Source of the DNA: Lingula anatina | Lineage: Eukaryota; Animalia; Brachiopoda | Direction: 5' to 3' | Assembly: GCA_051362555.1 (NCBI GenBank) | Contig: CM120642.1 | Location: 29,760,001 to 29,824,000 of the forward strand | DNA: 64,000 nt | Shown here: positions 26,401 to 64,000 of the stretch, one piece after another | Position numbering within the stretch: the first letter of the stretch is position 1 | How the letters are laid out: every line of letters starts with the position of its first letter | Made by a program: the position numbers and the translations under genes | Notes under the pieces: generated by a model | Databases searched by the model: none | Seen by the model: the letters and a program-made list of their open reading frames with translations, nothing else | What the model was told of the DNA's origin: nothing

Positions 26401-29400
26401 GTAAGCCTTATTTGGATTCAAATATATAAATTCACGGTGAGAACCTGTTTCATACCTCTGTATTCCTTCAGCACTGGTTTTCATGCAGTACTGGATGAGT
26501 TAATTTAAAAATTGGTCACATTTTTCCGCTTGTGTTCAGTTAAGTAGTCTGGGTCCAAAACCAGGTAATATATTAACCCTAATGTGTGAGGATCCTCTTC
26601 TGAGTAGCACATATAGAAATATGTTGCTGATGTAAGTTATAGACCATGATTCATTTATAATCATGATGTTGTGTGAGAAAACAGGTTGAAAAGGTCTCTT
26701 TTGTCAAAAAGTTGCTGGATATTTCAAAAGTCTTCAAAGAGAGGAGAATTCTAGTGGAGGTAATGGGATCATTAAGACATTTCTCCTGAATTGAAATCAT
26801 TTGTTCTTAACACTAACTAATCCTGAACTAAAAGACATGCTTGCAGAACTCCGCCTTGTTAATTCTCCACTGGTGTTTGTTTATTTCTGATCAGCTTCCA
26901 AGCGGACATATTTGGAACTTTGTGAGGTATATGCTCAGCAGCTGGAGAAGGAGGGGAACTACCATAAGGCCGCCTCTTATTACTTGGCCTGTCACAAGGT
27001 CTATGAAGCAATTGATATGTTGAAAAGGAATCGGCTGTTCAGGTAGATCTTATTAAGTTTTAACTTGCTTATGCCTTGAAACCAAAGTTGTATTACCTAA
27101 CTGATGAGATATATGAATTTGAAATTTAAAATTATTGTATGTGCTTACATTGTGATTAGTTTGCTTCTTTGGCTTCTATATGAATACTGGCTAATGAAGA
27201 TCAATTTTGTTTCTTAATGTTTGACAAAAGCACTGCATTTCTGCATAGATTTTAAGATGTTATCAATAAAACACTCAGGACCTATTCAGAAAAAAACCAC
27301 ATTAAAGGAATTGATACAATCAGTATTTTCAATTAGATATTAAATGTTAACATTTGCTGTGTATTTTTCAGGGAGGCAGTTGCCTTGGCCAAGTTACGCC
27401 TCTCTCCCTCAGATCCACTGCTCTCCAGCCTGCAGGAATCCTGGGGGAGACACCTCGCTAAAGATGGCAGCTATGAACAGGCTGCAAAATGGTGGGTAAT
27501 ACTACTGGGTAGTGGTACTGATTATTTAAAGCAACCACGCTCTTTTAACATTTTTTCCTGTTAAATTTTCAAGACCAGTCACAAGGAATGAAAACTATAT
27601 CTGAGAAGTAAGAGAAGAGTCAGTCACTGGTATCTCTTACTATATCAGAAACACTAGTACTGTAGTGAATTGCATGTGAATATGAACCAAGTAATACTAA
27701 TTGTTTTATAATTTAGGTAAAGTTTCGGCTCAGATTGGCTGTATGACTGCAATTGCTATTTAGATGTTACTAAAACATATGCCCTTTCTTTGAATAGTTA
27801 TTTGGCACTGAAACAGCCTCTTGAAGCAGCAAAACTAATGGCACGGCGAGCAGACCACTCTGGATTGGCTGCTGCAGCCCATGTGACCATATCAGCCAAT
27901 GAAATTGAAGCTGGGATGGTGTATGCTCAGCGCTATGTACAAGAGTGCTTGGCAGTCTGTGACTGGGCTTCTGCAGTAATGTTCTCAAAGTCTGCTGAAC
28001 AGTTTACAGTAAGAATTTGATAAAAAATATTTACCATTTTAATTACTATTTCTTAAAATTTTGAGTTTTAATTTATGCTTCACTAGCTGTTACAAATGTC
28101 CAAACAGTGCCAATCATAGACATAGAAAAAAGAGGGAAATGAAAATTTAACATGACTGTTACTCATTTGTACTGCTAGTAGATAATATAACAATCACCAG
28201 TTATAGGAGGGTACATACACAGATTTTAACTTTTTACAACTTGAAATGTTAGTCATACTGGAAGATCAGGGGTGGAGGAACCATCTCTTCTTTTCATTGG
28301 CACCCAGTTTATCTGCATAAAAAACAACTTCGTTTTGGCATTTAGAAGGGATGAGAGTTAGCACACGCCTTTTGTCTCACAAAATCTTGGATCAGCCCTG
28401 AGGTCAGTGCACTACATTAACATTTCCAATTCTTCTGCAGGTTCTGGCCTTGTTTGTGACAATGCATGAAGCTGTCTTGAGATTTCTTGTCGACCAGAAA
28501 TGTCTGGACAGGAATTATCTGAAGAAGTCATGTCCAGGTGGTTTACTGACCACAGAGGCACTGGAGCATACAGAACTAAGAAAAGGTAAGTCAAAGTCAA
28601 TTCGGGAAAACTTTTATCTTCCTGAAAGTATAAAAATTATTATTAGGAAGCTTTAAAAAAAATATTTTCATTATTGGATTGTCTCTATTGTTGGTGGATA
28701 TCTGTATTATTTTGAAAAAAGTTTGTTTAAATATCATACTTGTTTATATATTTTTTTTATTTTAAAGATTAAGTATTTCAATAAACATAACTATCACATC
28801 TTGTGTGTGCAATGCATGATCTCGTTAACTTAGGTAATCATGTATTAGAATTTCCACTTCGCATTACAACATGCTAAAATAAAACTAAAATTTACAGGTG
28901 ATGATGGCTTTCCTCAGTGGTGTACTGTTTGGATTGAAGGAGGAAGTTTTATGCAGTACTTTACCAACCTGTGGAAAGCAAAGATTTTACCTGAGTCTCT
29001 GGAAGAGTCTGTTGGATGGAGAGATGTATATGAACAACTAATAAAGTGGAGGGCAGTGAAACAGGGACAACTGTCCATTTCACAGGTTTTAAATTGTTAT
29101 TATTATTATTAGACATTACTTATAACAGTAATAGTATTGGTTATAACGTAGTAGTTAATAGTACAAAATATGTAGATATGACATGCATATAGAACTAGAA
29201 GTCAACTTTGAAGTTTTCTGTTAATCTGTAGGCATATGAGTTAACTTTCTTGCAGTTTGGATATTTTTACTTACATTAAAATGCCAGTTTTCCTCTTTTC
29301 TCAGTTTCTCATCCATGTTGCTTTGGAAACAACTCTGGGAATTCTCGCTCTACAGTGGGGAGATCTGGAAGTGGCGAGTGGGCATTTCTTAGAAGTATTA

Positions 29401-31724
29401 TCTGGGGCCTATGAGTTAGGCCATGTAGACATAATGATAGAGCTGTGCAGAATGCTGTTTCCTCAAGGAAAGCTTACAGTGGGAGGTGAGTTTTCTTCAC
29501 TTAAAGAAATAGCTGAAATCTTTATAATATTTTATCTGAGTCTCCTACATGTACAGGGGCGGATTCAGGCAGTCTTCTGGGTCTTCCAGTTTACACTGAT
29601 GGGCATCTAATTTTTTCTGTCTGAAGACGGCCAAAAATGGAGGATGGATCAACAAAGATAATTTGGAAGACTGTCAGAAAATAACTCTGTATTCACCCCT
29701 GATGTGGGTCATTGTGCTGTTTTAATCAAAATTTGTCTTTAATGACTGAGGTATTTAAGCCTGAAGCAATTCCATTGTGACTATCATAAAAATTCCATGA
29801 TGAGATACGATAGACTTTTATTGCCATGAAGAAACAAAGTCCAGGGGAACTTATTGTTTGCACGTATATTTTATTAAGGTGAACTACATTATTCAAATAT
29901 CACAAGAACAACCATATATTTAATGAAGTATATTAAGAATAATTTATAAAAGTGCATGATCCCTATACAAGAAAAATCTTTCTCTTGACCCAATGTTGAG
30001 AATTATTCATAGTCTTAAATTTATAATTTTAAATTTATTTCAGGGGCGAGGGTTACTCAGCCAAAGTCTAACACTAACACTTCTCTTAAAGAGATGGTTC
30101 AGGCAGCCCTTGACAGAGGAGATAATAATATTACAGCCAGCAGACAGGCAAAGAATATCTCCCCAGAGCTCTTCCACACAAGCAGGCAAGAGTGCAATAC
30201 ACAAGACTGTCTGAATGCTTTCATTGCCTTGTCCATTCTCCTTGATGTGTGGTGGAAAAATGCTGTGAACTGCACTGCCAGGAATGTAGTGTCTGGACAC
30301 GTAGAAAACGGGGAAATGGACACTGTTTATTCATCTCCTTTCCCTGATAACAAAAATTTCAGTCAAAATGTTGAAGAGGAAAGGCCAGCAAGATCTGAAA
30401 ATGGTGATATTGATGACACTGGGTTATCTATTAATTATACAGAAAATGGCAAGGAGTCAATTTCATCTAGTCTTCAGTATAGTGCAAAAGCAGAGTGCGA
30501 TAACAGTTTTTCAGTACAAAATTCAGATCACTTAGATCTTCTTGATGGCAAGGTTTTGCAAGAACTTTGTCAAGCTTTATTGTGGGATGTCCATGCAGCT
30601 AGAAACAAATATAATTACCTTTTGATGGAGATTGAAAAAACATTGGCCAAAAATACTTCTGGAAAAAAGGACAATCAAGATATGACGACAGATTTACACA
30701 AAGAAGGTTCTGAGTTGGAAGGTGCAGAAAGTATTGAATGTGCTGAAAATAACAGAACTATGAGAACAGAAACCTGCAGTGTTGTTACCAAAAGTGAATT
30801 GGAGATAATTGATGATGAAGGGAATATGCATCCCTCTGGTAGTGATGCTGAGACCATTATAAATAGTACTGATGAGAAAGATGGACCTAAGTGTGTTAGG
30901 TGTGACAGGACTGATTGTGTTGGATGTGATAATGACACACCCAATGCAACTGATGACATTAGTTCAAAAGCTATTGGGATGTCTTTACCAGAACCGGGTA
31001 TTGAAGAACACTTAGTAAAAGATGATCAAATTCATGGAATAGATGGAAGTAAGGTAAACTCTGCAAATGGAGGAATGGTGGACACAGTCCAGTCGGAAGA
31101 GAAAGAACTGAAAGAGATGTTGGAAAGATTGCCTGCTCTTCCTAAGGTAAAGGGACCTTTAAACTGTTTCATGTCAAAGGTTCATTTTCTCCAAAATTAT
31201 AAGCAAAGTTTTGAAAATGGATAAAATTGTTAGCAATGCTATATATAATACTAACATAATTCTAATGTGATATTATAATGTAGTTGTGCTTTTCATAGAA
31301 ACCGTTTTAATAATATTATGCCTTCATAAATTCAGTTGTTCATTTTTATGAATAATCCCATTACATTTTTTTTGTTAATAATTTTTCATTCTAGACCAAA
31401 CTTCAAAAAAACTTTCCTCTATAGAACAAGATAGAGCATACCAACTCTTTTGATTTTAATGTTGTTTTGATATGATAAATTATTTTTAGAGAAATACATT
31501 ATACATAGAATGTTTATTTCGTTTTCCAGAATTTGACATTCCCAGACCCAGTTGAATCTGCCCTGATCATCTCCTACATGCTGAAACAACAATACAGCTC
31601 ACAGCCCAGTGAGAGGACTGCTGTCATTGGCTGGGCTAAACAGTATGCTGTTACAACAGAAACAGTGAACCTTCTGGATAAATTGTTGTGGCAAGCTGAA
31701 GAGATTGTGCACAAAGAATTTTAG
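17467..31724 (+). CDS. GEMIN5: Gem-associated protein 5 (WD40 repeats, TPR-like dimerization region, C-terminal RNA-binding region); ~27 exons
   Basis: Peptides match GEMIN5 as I recall it: [113 protein letters not shown]. Phase-consistent GT-AG exons: 17467-17769, 18274-18455, 18807-18964, 19447-19684, 19888-20044, 20395-20491, 20746-20861, 21225-21310, 21735-21811, 22083-22210, 22623-22693, 23059-23252, 23561-23709, 23993-24161, 24441-24695, 24936-25061, 25421-25552, 25910-25999, 26263-26400, 26895-27042, 27372-27491, 27798-28008, 28441-28585, 28898-29085, 29305-29485, 30044-31146, 31530-31724 (sum 5157 nt). Confidence 0.95.
18019..18196. mobile_element. hAT-like MITE, family C, with 5-bp TSD (GEMIN5 intron 1)
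   Basis: TIR caggcccatagccag/ctggctacaggcctg, ATGTA/ATGTA flanks, internal gtggaccttttt repeated. Confidence 0.8.
19378..19438. repeat. (TAATA)n microsatellite abutting the GEMIN5 exon 4 acceptor
   Basis: Direct read. Confidence 0.9.
29554..29701. mobile_element. hAT-like MITE, family D
   Basis: caggggcggattcag..ctgtattcacccctg; interior (gtcttctgggtct, ggatcaacaaagataatttggaa) shared with 44000-44167; flanks atgta/atgtg. Confidence 0.75.
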
Positions 31725-31783
31725 AACAGGAAATTTCAGTTTCGGTCTTGAGCAGTTTTGTTGCCAGATTTATGAAAGTGAGA

Positions 31784-31817
<34 letters not shown>

Positions 31818-31993
31818 AGGAAGAAAACCTCTCTAATGTTGAGTTCAGAATGACTAAAAATTAACATTAAGATGATATTGAAAGACTTGCAACTTATCCG
31901 AAATAATAAAAAAATCATTATATGTACATAGTGTATTGTCCCTTTGCTTCAGTCCATGTTTCAAAGCATATGCCTCGTATTTTGTCCCTATAT

Positions 31994-32150
31994 AGGCCCA
32001 TATCCAACCGTTTTGAAAAAGTGGACCTTTTTACCATGAAACCTTCGTGCAACAAGATCAATTTTTACCCAGAGTGGACCTTTACCTGGCAAAGGGTGCG
32101 GTTTGTTCAAACCCCCCCCCCTCCCCCCAAATCACCCTGGCTACTAACCC
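31994..32150. mobile_element. MITE family C, degenerate copy
   Basis: aggcccatatcca..gaaaaagtggacctttttaccat..cccagagtggaccttt..ccctggctac, homologous to 18019-18196. Confidence 0.7.
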
Positions 32151-32842
32151 AAATTTGATAACGCTATGCCACCACACCTGGATTATACAGAATTTGTTTA
32201 TAGGAATAAGGGAAATAAAAGTAAATTCTGGATATGCCTTACATGTTAAAAAATACTCGTAGTGGGTCATGGCGTGGGAGACAGTTTTATACTGCAAAAT
32301 TAAACTTGCTTGATTGTCAGTCGTCTGTGACTTTGCACAAAACAGCAGGATGTTGCTGCTGATGCTTTGATTTATAAATGACCACTTAGCCCTTTTTTGT
32401 ATTTTTGCCAATATTAACCATGTTAATTGTAAGACTGGATAAGATTGAAGAAACAACTTTTGAATAAATGGTATTTTTCTTTTGACTACGGGTATAAATC
32501 GTGCAGCGTATACCCTTCCAAAAAAAGATAAATACTGCTCACTGTAAATAGCTGTATTCAAAATTCAAGGAATTTGAAAGAAGAAGAAATTTTCCTTTAA
32601 TTACCAATTTACCCTATAAGATGCATAACCGTCTAAAAACGTTTTCAAGCTCTCATAATTTCTATTTTTAACCCTTACATCATGTTAAAATATGGGTTTG
32701 GGGATTTTTGCAGCCATTTTAGATAGAGTAAAACTCGATGATAAAGGGAGAAATACTGAATTTTCCGATTTCCCGGAGGAATAATATATATATATTGTAT
32801 TTTATGAAAGAAGACAATTATAATACTTTTGCAATACCTTTC

Positions 32843-33055
32843 CAGGGGCGGATCCAGGAATATTTGAAGGGGGGGGGTCTGCGGATGCGAATTCGACCCT
32901 CCCAATTTTGGTATTTTAGAGGACGAACGGTGCCATTTGGTACTGTTTAAAAGTATGATTTAGCTAGTCAAAATTCTTATTACAAGAGGGGATCATTAGT
33001 GTGATTTTTTTCAGAAATCGAAAGACCCCCTGACCCCCCTCTAATTCCGCCATTG
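32843..33055. mobile_element. hAT-like MITE, family B, with 5-bp TSD
   Basis: caggggcggatccagg ... aattccgccattg flanked by CTTTC/CTTTC; ~590 bp upstream of the TBC1D1/4 ATG. Confidence 0.75.
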
Positions 33056-33489
33056 CTTTCCCTTAGTGTCAATGTCAAGTTCGTTTTTCAGTAGGTCAAA
33101 ACTCAAACGCACTTTCCTTCAGGATCGGTGCGTATCTTGAATTGCAACGTTTTTACATAAATGAATTACATTGTAGTACGTTGAAAAGTTATCAGCATGG
33201 TATGTTTCAGTCAAAGAATGCTAACCATTCCCTACACTTGCTTTATTTTGATATGAAATAATAATGACAAATTTAAATAGAAAAGTAAAAATAAAGACAA
33301 ACTACTTCTTTGACTGCAAAATAAATTTTTTTTAAATCTTTTAATCTAATTTTTTTATTTTAAAAATACTCTTTGTATTTTGAAATAAATCTAAAATTTA
33401 TTTCATTTAATCGTTTACCTATTTTGGGTGGGATCGTTAACTAGATAGGTAAATTGATCGAGCACAATCTCCAAGCGCTCAACAATTGG

Positions 33490-33600
33490 GATCTTGGAGG
33501 CGCGGCCTTTTCAATCGACCTTGAACTCTGACGTCATTTATTGGCATGGCGGCCATCAGCTGAGAGTCAACCGGAAAAAACACACTAGTAAAGCAGCGCA
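33490..33600 (+). promoter_or_regulatory. TBC1D1/4 proximal promoter
   Basis: CpG-enriched patch after an AT-rich block: perfect CRE TGACGTCA (33529-33536), inverted CCAAT ATTGG (33540-33544) and YY1-like ATGGCGGC (33546-33553), ~100 bp upstream of the ATG. Confidence 0.55.
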
Positions 33601-33643
33601 CCAAGGATTATCAGCGTTAGTAGTAAATCTTTATTTAAAAGAA

Positions 33644-63816
<30,173 letters not shown>

Positions 63817-64000
63817 GTGGGATATACAAATAATAATAATAATAAAAGTGATTTAAAGCCCAAAATCCGAATATTTTGAAAAAAACTGCACAGTATAAGA
63901 TACAAGTAATGAAAACTGACTAAAAAAAATCAAAGCCTCAAGCCCCAATAAAAATGTAGTGTGTCAAAATTGATTTGGTTGCTATAGGTTATCAAAAGGA

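Noticed and set aside
26584-26632. C/D-box snoRNA-like motifs (GTGAGGA..CTGA..CTGA) in a GEMIN5 intron
   Set aside because: Too short, imperfect C box and no recognisable rRNA guide.
31785-31816. Poly(A) after the GEMIN5 stop suggesting a retrocopy
   Set aside because: The gene has 26 introns; this is a genomic A-tract in the 3'UTR and only a risk for oligo-dT mispriming.
33494-33643. N-terminal extension of TBC1D1/4 from TTG in the ORF track
   Set aside because: Non-ATG start that runs through promoter motifs; the first in-frame ATG is 33644.

Overview
AT-rich, intron-rich invertebrate genomic DNA, probably lophotrochozoan or mollusc-like (inferred from repeat types and gene style). It is not prokaryotic. 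From left to right, all on the + strand: (1) a tandem cluster of class A peptide-receptor-like GPCR genes with intronless CDS, made of two intact paralogs (~2.5-4.0 kb, ~10.6-12.1 kb) and a third, 5'-only pseudogene (~14.6-15.1 kb); (2) a complete ~27-exon GEMIN5 gene (17467-31724, ~1718 aa by my exon walk); (3) a TBC1D1/TBC1D4 (AS160/pollux-type) Rab-GAP gene starting at 33644 and running off the right edge, with an 18.9-kb first intron. Non-coding DNA holds several MITE families (Harbinger-like with TWA TSDs; hAT-like with 5-6 bp TSDs), a ~2.4-kb Helentron-associated (HINE/DINE-1-like) element with internal 161-bp tandem repeats, and mini/microsatellites. The most interesting signals are all in the Rab-GAP gene: an array of candidate in-frame alternative first exons in intron 1 that would replace PTB1 with short peptides, a candidate recursive splice site, a GC-AG intron and a 45-nt cassette microexon. 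All splice models are read by eye and need RNA data.
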